DNA of 32,000 bases from Psychrobacter sp. HD31. Lineage in GTDB: Bacteria > Pseudomonadota > Gammaproteobacteria > Pseudomonadales > Moraxellaceae. Positions 10,470 to 20,109 of the stretch are shown here, one piece after another. The stretch spans positions 1,290,001 through 1,322,000 of the forward strand of contig NZ_CP142525.1 of NCBI RefSeq assembly GCF_051097895.1, read 5' to 3'. The position numbers and the translations under genes were made by a program. Under the pieces are notes generated by a model. That model was not told where the DNA came from. It did not search any database and saw only the letters and a program-made list of their open reading frames with translations. Position 1 is the first letter of the stretch; each line of letters starts with the position of its first letter.

Positions 10470-11663
10470 TTATTTAAGTACATCTGCCATTGCGTTTGCA
10501 ACATACTCAATGTTGTTTGTATTTAAACCAGCAACACACATACGCCCATTGCCAACTAAATAAATAGCATAATCTGACTGCAATTTAGCTACCTGCTCTG
10601 GTGTTAAACCCGTAAAGCTGAACATCCCTTTTTGGGTAGTCAAATAACTAAAGTCACGCCCTTCTACTTTACTTTCTAAAACGGCACGCAGCTGCTCACG
10701 CATTTGCTGGATACGATCACGCATGGCATACACTTCTTCAACCCACTCAGCATTTAGCGCATCATCATTCATTACAATATCTACAACATGACCACCGTGC
10801 GATGGTGGGCTTGAATAAATACGGCGTACACCAAATTTTAATTGACCAAATACACGAGTTGCTTCGTCTTCAGTTGGACAAACGACCGACAAACCACCAA
10901 CACGCTCACCGTATAGTGATAAGTTTTTAGAAAAAGAGTTGCTTACAAATAAAGGTAATCCCATGTCCACAGCTTTACGGATTGCGTAAACATCTGCTTC
11001 CATGTCTTCACCAAAACCTTGATAAGCAATATCCATAAATGGCACTAAGCCTTTTTCTTGCACTAGGTTTAATACGATATCCCACTGCGCTTGTGTTAAA
11101 TCAACGCCAGTTGGGTTATGACAGCATGGATGCAGTAATAAAACATCATCTTTATTTAATGTGTTGAAAAATGCAATCATTTCATCAAATTTAACACCAC
11201 CAGTTTGCGCATCATAGTATGGATATTTACCCACTTCTACATCCGCATTTTCAAAAATGGCAATGTGGTTACCCCAAGTTGGATCACTGACATAACACTT
11301 AGATTGTGGAAACCACTGGTTAATAAACTCAGCGCCCACTTTTAGAGCACCCGAGCCACCAATGGTTGCAATCGTTGCTACTCTATTTTCTTCTAATACT
11401 TTAGCACCCTTACCAAACAATAGCTCTTGGCAAGCTAAGCGGTGCCCTGCTAAACCTTCCATAGGTAAGTATGGACGCGCTTTAACTGGATTTGCAATTT
11501 GTGCTTCTGCTTTTTTTACACATTCTAAAACTGGTAAAATGCCATCATTATCATAGTACACACCCACCCCTAAGTTTACTTTTTTAGGATTTTGGTCTGC
11601 TTTATATTTTTCCATTAAACCCAAAATTGGGTCACCTGCATAATAATCAACCGCTGAAAACAT
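10470..11663 (-). CDS. tyrB: Aromatic-amino-acid/aspartate aminotransferase (class I, TyrB/AspC type)
   Basis: 397 aa, collinear with E. coli TyrB/AspC as I recall them (AGDPILGLMEKYK, HPCCHNPTG, and the SNSFSKNLSLYGERVGG PLP-lysine motif). TyrB and AspC cannot be told apart from sequence alone. Confidence 0.88.
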   Translation of the reverse strand: MFSAVDYYAGDPILGLMEKYKADQNPKKVNLGVGVYYDNDGILPVLECVKKAEAQIANPVKARPYLPMEGLAGHRLACQELLFGKGAKVLEENRVATIATIGGSGALKVGAEFINQWFPQSKCYVSDPTWGNHIAIFENADVEVGKYPYYDAQTGGVKFDEMIAFFNTLNKDDVLLLHPCCHNPTGVDLTQAQWDIVLNLVQEKGLVPFMDIAYQGFGEDMEADVYAIRKAVDMGLPLFVSNSFSKNLSLYGERVGGLSVVCPTEDEATRVFGQLKFGVRRIYSSPPSHGGHVVDIVMNDDALNAEWVEEVYAMRDRIQQMREQLRAVLESKVEGRDFSYLTTQKGMFSFTGLTPEQVAKLQSDYAIYLVGNGRMCVAGLNTNNIEYVANAMADVLK

Positions 11664-11798
11664 ATTTATACTCCCGATTGTTTAATTAAAAAAATGCTAC
11701 CGCCAAGAATAAACTAGAACAGTCGCTAACTCAAATCATTTTGTTGTCTTGAATTGCTTTGTAACAACCTCTGGTCGATAAAAATTATTGATAGACCA

Positions 11799-13214
11799 TT
11801 AGTCAAAAATTTTGCCTCTATTCATTATATATTTTGGATCTAACGCCGCTTTAATCTGACGTAAATAGTCAACCTCTTCTACTGAGCGCGTATAAGTTAG
11901 ATAGGGCTTTTTAGTCATGCCAACGCCATGCTCTGCAGAGACAGAACCATTATACTTTTGTACCGTTTCAAATACATATTTATTAACGGTTTGGCACTTG
12001 GCAAAAAAGTCATCTTTACTCATATTTTCTGGTTTTAAAATATTTAAATGCAAGTTGCCATCGCCAATGTGCCCAAACCAGCAAATTTCAAAATCTGGAT
12101 ATTTATCACTTACAATGGCATCAATATCCGCAATAAAGTCTGGCACATGAGTGATAAGAACAGAGACATCATTTTTGTATGGCGTAAATACCGAGATGGT
12201 CTCTGAAATATACTCACGCAACTTCCAAAGTTCTTCTGCTTGTGCCAAACTTTGGCTCATGACCCCATCAACAATAAACCCAGCTTCCATGCACTCTTCA
12301 AACACTTGCATGGCTGTATCCATCACTTGCTCGTATGGGGCTTCAAATTCTAGCAAAGCATAAAATGGCGTGCGTGTTTCAAATGGTGCTTGCACATGCC
12401 CGGTTGCTAATAGTTTTTCTACCGCTACTGCATCAAAAAACTCAAACGCCATTAAATCCATTTTATCGCTAAAAGCAGATAGCAACTTCATTACATGGTC
12501 AAACTCATCTACACCAAACACCATCACCGTTGGATTTTGGGGCTGACGTTCCAGTTTGATTTGCACCTCGGTAACAATACCTAAAGTACCTTCTGCACCA
12601 ATAAACAAATGGCGTAAATCGTATCCCGTGGCATTTTTCATCATGCCTTTATTAAGATGTAAAATGTCACCTTTACCCGTTACCACCGTCATGCCTAACA
12701 CCCATTCACGTGTCATGCCATAACGGATAACCTTAATACCACCAGCGTTTGTACCAATGTTGCCACCTATTTGGCTAGACCCAGCAGAAGCAAAGTCTAC
12801 GGGATAATAAAGCCCTTGCTCTGTTGCAAAGCTTTGCAATTGCTCGGTAATCACCCCTGCTTCAACTTCTACCATACGATCAGCAGGATAAAATTTACCA
12901 ATTTTATTCATTTTGTCTAGGCTAACAACAATCTCGCCATTGCTGGCAACTGCACCTGCTGACAAACCAGTACGACCACCACTTGGAGTAATGACAACAC
13001 CATACTCATTTGCCAGTTTAACAATTGACTGTACTTGTTGCGTTGAGCGAGGAAAGGTAATGAGTGAGGCATTTGGCTCAAAATGTTTTGTCCAATCTTT
13101 ACCCCAGTTGTCTAAACTGTCTTTATCGGTTTTAATCTGGTTATCATCAAACCCATGGTCAGTGGTAAGCTTAGTGATAATCTCATTAATGGTTTGCTGA
13201 GTACTTTGTGTCAT
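11799..13214 (-). CDS. FAD-linked oxidase of the GlcD family, probable D-2-hydroxyglutarate dehydrogenase
   Basis: 471 aa with the FAD-binding PCMH-type motifs PSGGRTGLSAGAV and GSVSAEHGVG. It is divergently paired with serA. Confidence 0.75.
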   Translation of the reverse strand: MTQSTQQTINEIITKLTTDHGFDDNQIKTDKDSLDNWGKDWTKHFEPNASLITFPRSTQQVQSIVKLANEYGVVITPSGGRTGLSAGAVASNGEIVVSLDKMNKIGKFYPADRMVEVEAGVITEQLQSFATEQGLYYPVDFASAGSSQIGGNIGTNAGGIKVIRYGMTREWVLGMTVVTGKGDILHLNKGMMKNATGYDLRHLFIGAEGTLGIVTEVQIKLERQPQNPTVMVFGVDEFDHVMKLLSAFSDKMDLMAFEFFDAVAVEKLLATGHVQAPFETRTPFYALLEFEAPYEQVMDTAMQVFEECMEAGFIVDGVMSQSLAQAEELWKLREYISETISVFTPYKNDVSVLITHVPDFIADIDAIVSDKYPDFEICWFGHIGDGNLHLNILKPENMSKDDFFAKCQTVNKYVFETVQKYNGSVSAEHGVGMTKKPYLTYTRSVEEVDYLRQIKAALDPKYIMNRGKIFD

Positions 13215-13447
13215 TTATCGTCCAAAATCAATAATCCTAATCTTCATCAGTATATTATCACACTTATTATTAAAGCTAAGCATCGAGTGTGACATAAAAG
13301 CGCATATTCATGCTTAATAACCAAAAGTTATTAAGCACCAATAAAATTCATTAAAAATTAAGGCGGTTTTGACTAACATCTATTGCATTTTTTGTGTAAT
13401 ATAAGTAGCTTAATTAACTCAACAATTGACAATTGGAAAATCCTGTT

Positions 13448-14674
13448 ATGACTCATTCACTTGATAAAAATAAAATCCGCTTTTTATTATTAGAAGGCGT
13501 GCATGACAACGCATTAAAAGTGTTAAAAGATGCTGGTTATACAAATATCGAGTATTTATCGCACGCTTTAGATAAAGATGAGCTAATTGAAAAAATTGCT
13601 GATGCTCACTTTGTTGGTATCCGCTCACGCACACAGCTCACACGTGAGGTGCTACAGCACGCCAAGAAACTAGTGGCGATTGGCTGTTTTTGTATTGGCA
13701 CCAATCAGGTAGATTTGGATGCTGCTCGTGAACTTGGTATTCCAGTATTTAATGCGCCCTACTCTAACACACGTTCAGTTGCTGAGCTGGTATTGGCAGA
13801 AACCATTATGCTATACCGTGGCATACCAGAAAAAAATGCCGTGGTACACCGTGGCGGCTGGGGTAAATCTGCCACCAACTCGCATGAAGTGCGTGGTAAA
13901 ACAATAGGGATTGTTGGTTATGGCTCTATCGGCTCACAGCTTTCTGTATTGGCAGAAAACTTAGGCATGAAAGTAATTTATCATGATGTTGTCACAAAAC
14001 TGCCATTAGGTAACGCCACCCAAGTCGCCAGCTTAGATGAGCTGTTAGCTAATGCGGATGTCGTAAGTTTACATGTGCCAGATGTGCCAAGCACACGCTA
14101 TATGATGAAAGCAGAACAATTTATTAAAATGAAAGAAGGCAGCTACTTTATCAATGCTGCACGTGGTACCTGTGTCGAAATTGACGACTTAGCTGCTGCA
14201 ATTGAGTCTGGTAAAATTTTAGGTGCTGCAGTCGATGTGTTCCCTAAAGAACCAAAGTCAGCTGAAGAAGAATTTGTATCACCACTGCGTAAATATGATA
14301 ATGTTATTTTAACACCGCACATTGGTGGGTCTACTCAAGAGGCACAAGCAAATATTGGTTTAGAGGTTGCCGAAAAATTTGTTAAATATTCAGATCAAGG
14401 TGACACAGTTACCGCGGTTAACTTCCCACATGTTACCATTCCGTTTAAAGACGGCTCACATCGCCTATTGCACATTCACCAAAACGTACCAGGTGTTTTA
14501 TCGCAGGTAAACAGTTTGTTCGCAGATGCTGGTATTAATATCTTAGCGCAAAACTTAATGACAGAAGAAGACGTCGGTTATCTGATGATGGACATCGATA
14601 GTGACTACTCTGACACTGCTTTAGAAGTATTACGTGGTATCGAAGCGACCATTCGAGTACGTGTGCTTTATTAA
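13448..14674 (+). CDS. serA: D-3-phosphoglycerate dehydrogenase (long form with a C-terminal ACT domain)
   Basis: MTHSLDKNKIRFLLLEGVH aligns with the E. coli SerA N-terminus, and the NAD-binding motif GIVGYGSIGSQL is present. I prefer the ATG at 13448 over the TTG at 13433 used in the ORF track. Confidence 0.93.
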   Translation: MTHSLDKNKIRFLLLEGVHDNALKVLKDAGYTNIEYLSHALDKDELIEKIADAHFVGIRSRTQLTREVLQHAKKLVAIGCFCIGTNQVDLDAARELGIPVFNAPYSNTRSVAELVLAETIMLYRGIPEKNAVVHRGGWGKSATNSHEVRGKTIGIVGYGSIGSQLSVLAENLGMKVIYHDVVTKLPLGNATQVASLDELLANADVVSLHVPDVPSTRYMMKAEQFIKMKEGSYFINAARGTCVEIDDLAAAIESGKILGAAVDVFPKEPKSAEEEFVSPLRKYDNVILTPHIGGSTQEAQANIGLEVAEKFVKYSDQGDTVTAVNFPHVTIPFKDGSHRLLHIHQNVPGVLSQVNSLFADAGINILAQNLMTEEDVGYLMMDIDSDYSDTALEVLRGIEATIRVRVLY

Positions 14675-14693
14675 ATTGTTTTAGTTTTTTGAT

Positions 14694-14726
14694 AAACAGC
14701 CAATGTGATTATTGGCTGTTTTTTTA
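14694..14726 (+). terminator. Rho-independent terminator of serA
   Basis: AAACAGCCAAT-GTGATT-ATTGGCTGTTT stem-loop followed by a T7 run. Confidence 0.85.
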
Positions 14727-14944
14727 TGTGAATTTACAGTTTTCCTATCGTAAGAATACATGAGCCAATTTTAACATCCGTCCATTTTATTATTTTGCAA
14801 GTGATTGAGCTGAAGGACACAACCCAGTGACTTACCTTTTTAAGCAAAAAAATGGAGAAATCTAATAATAGGATATAAAATATATTGTATGCACGCTTAT
14901 TGGGGGTACAAAAAAAACTGTGCTCCAAATTCGCCATTAAAGTA

Positions 14945-14975
14945 TAAAAAAAGCAGCCCAAGGCTGCTTTTTTTA
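14945..14975. terminator. Bidirectional terminator downstream of the DUF2057 gene
   Basis: AAAAAAAGCAGCC-CAA-GGCTGCTTTTTTT: a GC-rich stem flanked by A7 and T7 runs. Confidence 0.85.
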
Positions 14976-14993
14976 TACTTTAAAGTCTGTATT

Positions 14994-15632
14994 TTATTGA
15001 GATACCCATTGACGGATTTTTTCACGCTCACCTTCAGATGCATTTAACCACAACTGCATAAATTGATCTAATGTAGAAGCATTTGCCTTAGGAGCCGCCT
15101 GTATAGGTGCTGCCGCTTTAACGGCTGCAATAGCCTGGTTGTTAGAATTTACGGCACTTTGCGAGCCACTAAACAACCCACCAATGGCGCCACCAACACC
15201 CGCAAGCAAACTGCCACTTGCTTGCCCGTTTTGGCTGGCTAATACACGAGAGCCTTGCATAATTGCCAACGTTGGGCTTTCAGCAAAAACTTTGGCTTCT
15301 CTGTATTTTTCTGGTTGATTTGGCATAACAAGACGATAGCTTTGGTTATCTGCCAAGTTTGCCGTTAAAGTGATGTTACCAGAACGTAGATAATCATGGT
15401 CACCATTTCTAAACTCATACAAACGATCATACTTAGCAGTAATAACCTGTGTGCCTGGCTCTAATTTAAATTGTTGTTGCGAGTTCATTAATAGGCTGCG
15501 GTTTACCGTTTGTCCATTAATCGCGGTTACCTTAATATTATCATCCACATTTAAGGTCACCTCTGCATGAGTCACTGTAACAGCCGCCATCGCTAATGCG
15601 AATGTACTTACAAATTTGGTTTTGGCATTCAT
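14994..15632 (-). CDS. DUF2057 (YccT-like) secreted/periplasmic protein
   Basis: Signal peptide MNAKTKFVSTFALAMAAVTVTHA/EV. The body and the C-terminus (LDQFMQLWLNASEGEREKIRQWV) resemble E. coli YccT as I recall it. I prefer the ATG at 15632, which has an AGGA sequence 8 nt upstream, over the TTG at 15659. Confidence 0.7.
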   Translation of the reverse strand: MNAKTKFVSTFALAMAAVTVTHAEVTLNVDDNIKVTAINGQTVNRSLLMNSQQQFKLEPGTQVITAKYDRLYEFRNGDHDYLRSGNITLTANLADNQSYRLVMPNQPEKYREAKVFAESPTLAIMQGSRVLASQNGQASGSLLAGVGGAIGGLFSGSQSAVNSNNQAIAAVKAAAPIQAAPKANASTLDQFMQLWLNASEGEREKIRQWVSQ

Positions 15633-15696
15633 GGTATTAATCCTATGTTTTTTTATCAAACGAGTCCAATTAAATTTAATTTTTTAATGCTTAATA

Positions 15697-16500
15697 TTAA
15701 AAATCAAACGCTATATTATCATCAAAACTTAATGCTTGGGTATCTGCTATTACGTCTTCATGTATCCCTTCTAATTCAACCAATAGGCTTTGTTCATCAA
15801 TAATTTTTTTGGCCTCATTAATGGTTGCTTTTGATATGTGGTTTCTTGCCAAATTAGAAAACATTGGCTGAATATAGTTTAATACAGCCATCATTTCACC
15901 AATACGGTAAGGTCCTTCTTCTAACAGATATTCAATAATACGTTCATCTAACTGCCAACCTCGGCGGCGTAAAACAGAATCTAACATCGCTTGTCTATCT
16001 GCAACATTTTGCCCGTCAGGTACTTTAAACGAAGGCGCTTGTGATAAACGGGTAACCAAATCAAAAAAGCCAAATGGTAACTCGCCCGCTGGTTTATTAC
16101 CGGCAAATAATAGCTGAAAGTTTTCTTCTTTACTTCGGTTAATTAGATGGAACATTGCCTCTTGCCATTGGGCACTTTTTTCAATCACCCCAATGTCATC
16201 AATCGCAATAACGTCAAAAGCCTCTAACGAAGCGAGTACTTCGACATTGGTATATAATAAATCAGACATAGATAACGTAATTGCTGAACGCCCCATGTCA
16301 ATGAGTGACTCACAAATTGCCGATAACAAATGTGATTTGCCTGTGCCAGATTCACCAAACAGATACAACTGCTGAATCATGCCAACATGGAACTGTCGAA
16401 CCGCATCAACAATGGTTACCCAACCAGGCCCTGCAAAATCGCTTAAGCTGGCATCATACTTAATATCCAGATTTAAATTAAGCTGTTTTTCTTCAGGCAT
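15697..16500 (-). CDS. hda: DnaA regulatory inactivator Hda (AAA+)
   Basis: 267 aa with Walker A GESGTGKSHLL and box VII-like AIDDIG. It lies next to a PerM-type permease gene, as in Pseudomonas-type genomes. It has an acidic C-terminal tail of about 25 aa beyond typical Hda length. Confidence 0.85.
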   Translation of the reverse strand: MPEEKQLNLNLDIKYDASLSDFAGPGWVTIVDAVRQFHVGMIQQLYLFGESGTGKSHLLSAICESLIDMGRSAITLSMSDLLYTNVEVLASLEAFDVIAIDDIGVIEKSAQWQEAMFHLINRSKEENFQLLFAGNKPAGELPFGFFDLVTRLSQAPSFKVPDGQNVADRQAMLDSVLRRRGWQLDERIIEYLLEEGPYRIGEMMAVLNYIQPMFSNLARNHISKATINEAKKIIDEQSLLVELEGIHEDVIADTQALSFDDNIAFDF

Positions 16501-16670
16501 TGAGCTACCCCACCAACTATGGCTATATTGAAGCCTATTTTTATTAAACTAATATTGCCTATATATAACATATTTGCAAAATAAAACACAAGCCAGTAAC
16601 AAAAGCAACTGGCTAAAAAATATGCGCGCACTCCATCTCTGCCTGACACACAATGGCTATTTATTGCTCG

Positions 16671-17774
16671 TTATTCCTCAAAAAGGTTTAACTGTTTATC
16701 ACCATGATACCACTTTGATTTTAAATATGCTTGGTATAAATGGTTAAACATTACATTAATCATGGCAGAAACTGGTAACGCAATCAGCATACCCACTATC
16801 CCCAATAACGCGGCGCCAGCAAGTACAGCGAACATCACCCAAAGTGGTGATAACCCAATTTTATCCCCTAATAACAAAGGTTGTAGGACATAGCCCTCCA
16901 CCATTTGCCCAACAGCAAAAGCACCGGCAATTAACCCCAGATGCACCCAATCTAGCCCAAATTGAAACAAGCCTGCAATGATGGCAGCTACAAACCCTAT
17001 GCCAAAACCCAAATAAGGCACAAAGCTGGCTATCCCTGCTGTCATACCAATGATTAACCCAAGATCTAAACCAATCAGTTGCAGCTGTAGCGCATAAATA
17101 ACGCCCAAAAGTACCATAACAAGCAATTGACCCTGTAAAAATGACATCAATGCTTTATCACAATCTTTGGATATTTCTATGATTTTGTTTTTATAAGCAT
17201 GTGGCAACGCCTCTCGCCAAGTGTTTATCCGGCTATCCCAACCATACAAAAAATAAAACATTAATATGGGCACTAGTACCACCATGCCTGCTGTATTAAC
17301 CACCTGCATACCAGAAGTGACAAGTTGTTTAGATAATGACTGGGCATCTTCCACATCATAGTTTGCCTGTAAAAATTCGACAAAAGTACTCGATATAATT
17401 TCTACCTCTACCGTTGGCAAATTAAAACCTGTATATTTTGTTACCAAGGCCTTTGCAGACTCGTTATACCATTGTATTGCAACAGGCACATACTCCCATG
17501 CCGCTTGTAGCTGCTTCCAAACAAGTGGTAAAACGCCATATAAAATAATCGCCACGGCAATAGAAATCACCGCATAAACCAGTAAGATGGATAGCCAACG
17601 AGGCAAATATTTTGCTAACCGTTTAACCAATGGATTGAAAAAATATGCCAATACAAATGCAAAAACAAAAGGAATAATGACTGCCGCAAGCTTATAAACA
17701 ATCAGCAATGACAAGGCAATCACCACAATAATAAATAAGCGACGAAAAAATGGATCGATAGAAGAGTGAGACAT
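16671..17774 (-). CDS. AI-2E family transporter (PerM/YdiK-like permease)
   Basis: 367 aa with about 8 TM helices, conserved VLAYFFNPLV and GLSPLWVMFAVLAGAALLGIVGMLIALP segments, and the usual position upstream of hda. Confidence 0.8.
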   Translation of the reverse strand: MSHSSIDPFFRRLFIIVVIALSLLIVYKLAAVIIPFVFAFVLAYFFNPLVKRLAKYLPRWLSILLVYAVISIAVAIILYGVLPLVWKQLQAAWEYVPVAIQWYNESAKALVTKYTGFNLPTVEVEIISSTFVEFLQANYDVEDAQSLSKQLVTSGMQVVNTAGMVVLVPILMFYFLYGWDSRINTWREALPHAYKNKIIEISKDCDKALMSFLQGQLLVMVLLGVIYALQLQLIGLDLGLIIGMTAGIASFVPYLGFGIGFVAAIIAGLFQFGLDWVHLGLIAGAFAVGQMVEGYVLQPLLLGDKIGLSPLWVMFAVLAGAALLGIVGMLIALPVSAMINVMFNHLYQAYLKSKWYHGDKQLNLFEE

Positions 17775-18055
17775 TTTACGACCTTCTTTATTTTAAAAAA
17801 TGATTTATGAATGTACTCATATTACAATGAAATGGTACGTTTATCAGGTTTTTATCAGCACCTAAACACGCAATATTACAAAAGCTAGTATCTAATTTTT
17901 AGATTGATATATCATTTATTTGTTTAATTTTAGCTGATAACTCAAACAGGCTTATACTGGCAGTTATCATTTACTTTCACTATAATACTACTTTTTTAAT
18001 GCTAATTAATATAACATTAGTTATTTTTTAATAAGACAGCCAACCCCTACTCGCT

Positions 18056-18874
18056 ATGACAGATAACCTAACAGACTCAGATAATCAACAGCACCAACGT
18101 ATTGTAAATACGTTTATGAAACGTCGCACCCACATGAACAAACAAGCAGAGCAGGCATTAACTGACTCCAGCTTTAGCAAATACTTAGTTAATGTTCATT
18201 GCGATGACCCTATTGTTAATAACATTGCTAACAAAGCAGAAGAAAACCCAAAAACACACCGTTTGGCAAAAATTGAAGGTATTTCTGATGATGTTAGTGG
18301 CATTACTAACTTGCGTGCGCTATTTGCCGATACAGCAAACGGCGGTGATGCACCACTCACCTTAGAAATTGGGTTTGGTATGGGAGACTCGCTAATTGAA
18401 ATGGCAATTGCCGAGCCTGCGCGTAATTTTATTGGTATTGAAGTACACGAGCCAGGTATTGGACGCTGTGCTTACTTAGCGTATGAAAATGGTCTAGACA
18501 ATTTAAAAATTATCAATGGCGATGCCATTAAGTTATTGCAACAACTGCCAGAAAACCACATTGACCGCATTCAGCTGTACTTCCCTGATCCTTGGCAGAA
18601 AAAACGCCACTACAAACGCCGTTTTGTTAGCCCAGAGCGTATGGAAATCGTCACCCGTGCACTCACTCAAGGTGGCTGGTTTCACTGTGCGACAGATTGG
18701 GAAAACTACTCAGAGTGGATGCTAGAAGTTTTAGATAACTTTAACGGTTTAACCAATACCGCTGGCAAAGGCAATTTTACACCTCGCCCAGACTTTCGCC
18801 CAATGACTAAGTTTGAAAAACGTGGTATCGACAATGGGCATGGTATTTGGGATTTAATTTACAGCAAAGACTAG
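18056..18874 (+). CDS. trmB: tRNA (guanine46-N7)-methyltransferase
   Basis: 272 aa with the SAM-binding motif LEIGFGMG, plus [17 protein letters not shown] and TKFEKRG motifs shared with E. coli TrmB. It has an insertion of about 30 aa in the N-terminal region. Confidence 0.93.
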   Translation: MTDNLTDSDNQQHQRIVNTFMKRRTHMNKQAEQALTDSSFSKYLVNVHCDDPIVNNIANKAEENPKTHRLAKIEGISDDVSGITNLRALFADTANGGDAPLTLEIGFGMGDSLIEMAIAEPARNFIGIEVHEPGIGRCAYLAYENGLDNLKIINGDAIKLLQQLPENHIDRIQLYFPDPWQKKRHYKRRFVSPERMEIVTRALTQGGWFHCATDWENYSEWMLEVLDNFNGLTNTAGKGNFTPRPDFRPMTKFEKRGIDNGHGIWDLIYSKD

Positions 18875-18969
18875 TTGGCAATTTTAAGGGCATGAATGTC
18901 ATGAACCATGAACAAAGTTAAAGTTACATTTGTTAGCTAACACATCTATCACACTTGCGCTATACTAAA

Positions 18970-19011
18970 AGAATGGGAAGGACACTTTAGCACCTTGCCA
19001 TTCTTTTTTTA
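18970..19011 (+). terminator. Rho-independent terminator, most likely for trmB
   Basis: AGAATGGGAAGG (18970-18981) pairs with CCTTGCCATTCT (18993-19004) at 11 of 12 positions around an 11-nt loop, followed by a T7 run. Confidence 0.7.
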
Positions 19012-19056
19012 TTTTAAGCTTATCTTGAGCTTATAAAAATACAAAAGGAGCAAAAA

Positions 19057-19524
19057 ATGAAAAAGCTCTATAGCATACCTCTTATCACCAGCCTAAGTAT
19101 GGCAGCTGCGCTATTATCAGGCTGTGCGACTACCAAACTCACCCCGCAACAATGCCAAGCCCAAAATTGGCAAACAGTGGGGCTTGCCGATGGCGAAAAA
19201 GGTCGCTCTCCTAATTATTTTGGTAAATACCTTGGTGAATGTGCAGGTTTGACAGGGACACAACCCAATAGACAACTTTGGGAACAAGGGCGGCAAGAAG
19301 GCTTGAAAGCATTTTGTACCGAGTTAAACGCGTACCGATTAGGACGAGAAGGTTATCAATGGCAACCTGTATGCCCGGCAGAAACCAGCATTAAGCTAGA
19401 AAATGCTTATTTAAAAGGTAGAAATAAATACTTGTCTAACCGAGCCTATGACTATTGGGATGATTATTGGTTCCCTTCTCCGTATCACCATCATTACTGG
19501 CATCGCCATCCCTACTTTTGGTAA
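19057..19524 (+). CDS. DUF2799-like lipoprotein with a His/Trp/Tyr-rich C-terminal tail
   Basis: 155 aa. Strong AAGGAG RBS, signal peptide ending in the lipobox LLSGC, and repeated C..W...G..DG..G and G...G...FC patterns resembling DUF2799 (assigned from memory). Confidence 0.6.
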   Translation: MKKLYSIPLITSLSMAAALLSGCATTKLTPQQCQAQNWQTVGLADGEKGRSPNYFGKYLGECAGLTGTQPNRQLWEQGRQEGLKAFCTELNAYRLGREGYQWQPVCPAETSIKLENAYLKGRNKYLSNRAYDYWDDYWFPSPYHHHYWHRHPYFW

Positions 19525-19567
19525 AGCGGTATTGATACAACCTTTGCTTATGAGTTAACCATATTTT

Positions 19568-19600
19568 TAAAAAACCTCTACAAAAATGTAGAGGTTTTAA
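19568..19600. terminator. Bidirectional terminator between the lipoprotein gene and the pilin gene
   Basis: AAAAACCTCTAC-AAAAAT-GTAGAGGTTTT: a perfect 9-bp stem with A/T flanks on both sides. Confidence 0.85.
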
Positions 19601-19620
19601 TTTAAATGACTCATTACCAA

Positions 19621-20109
19621 CTATTTTTGACAACTTGATGGCAAACGTTTTTCTCCAACCCCTGCTTTTTCTGGCGAGGCACAAACCCAACCTGTTAGCT
19701 GACCTGTGTCTTTGTTATAACTTGGGGTTAACGTCATTGTTTTATCTGCATTTGCACCGCTAGAAAACTTAACTGTAATCACACCATCTTTAGCGACACT
19801 AACGGCTTCTTGGTTAAAAAACTTGCCTTGAAGTCCTTTAGCATGGGTAACAATCGCCGAGCCTATATTTGCTTTTAAGTCATCATCGGTGGGTAATCGT
19901 CCTTGCTCGGTTGCAAATAGGCCAATCTCTGTTTGCAATCCTGATGTTGCTGTAAAGCCTTCGGCTGCTTGGCTTCTTGCTGTAAAGTCATTATAAAATG
20001 GCATTGCCAAAACCGCTAAGATACCAATAATTGCAATCACAATCATGAGTTCAATTAAGGTAAAGCCGTGTTGTTTACTTTGTTGCGCTCTAAGTCTTAT
20101 TCTTTCCAT
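19621..20109 (-). CDS. Type IVa major-type pilin (PilA/ComP-like)
   Basis: 162 aa. Class III signal ...SKQHG/FTLIELMIVIAIIGILA with G-1, F+1 and E+5. The C-terminal disulfide loop WVCASPEKAGVGEKRLPSSCQK is typical of the type IVa pilin D-region. Confidence 0.9.
   Translation of the reverse strand: MERIRLRAQQSKQHGFTLIELMIVIAIIGILAVLAMPFYNDFTARSQAAEGFTATSGLQTEIGLFATEQGRLPTDDDLKANIGSAIVTHAKGLQGKFFNQEAVSVAKDGVITVKFSSGANADKTMTLTPSYNKDTGQLTGWVCASPEKAGVGEKRLPSSCQK

Noticed and set aside
13433-13447. TTG start for serA, and likewise the TTG start at 15659 for the DUF2057 gene
   Set aside because: The downstream ATGs give N-termini that align with known homologs (SerA) or produce a proper signal peptide with a well-spaced AGGA (DUF2057).
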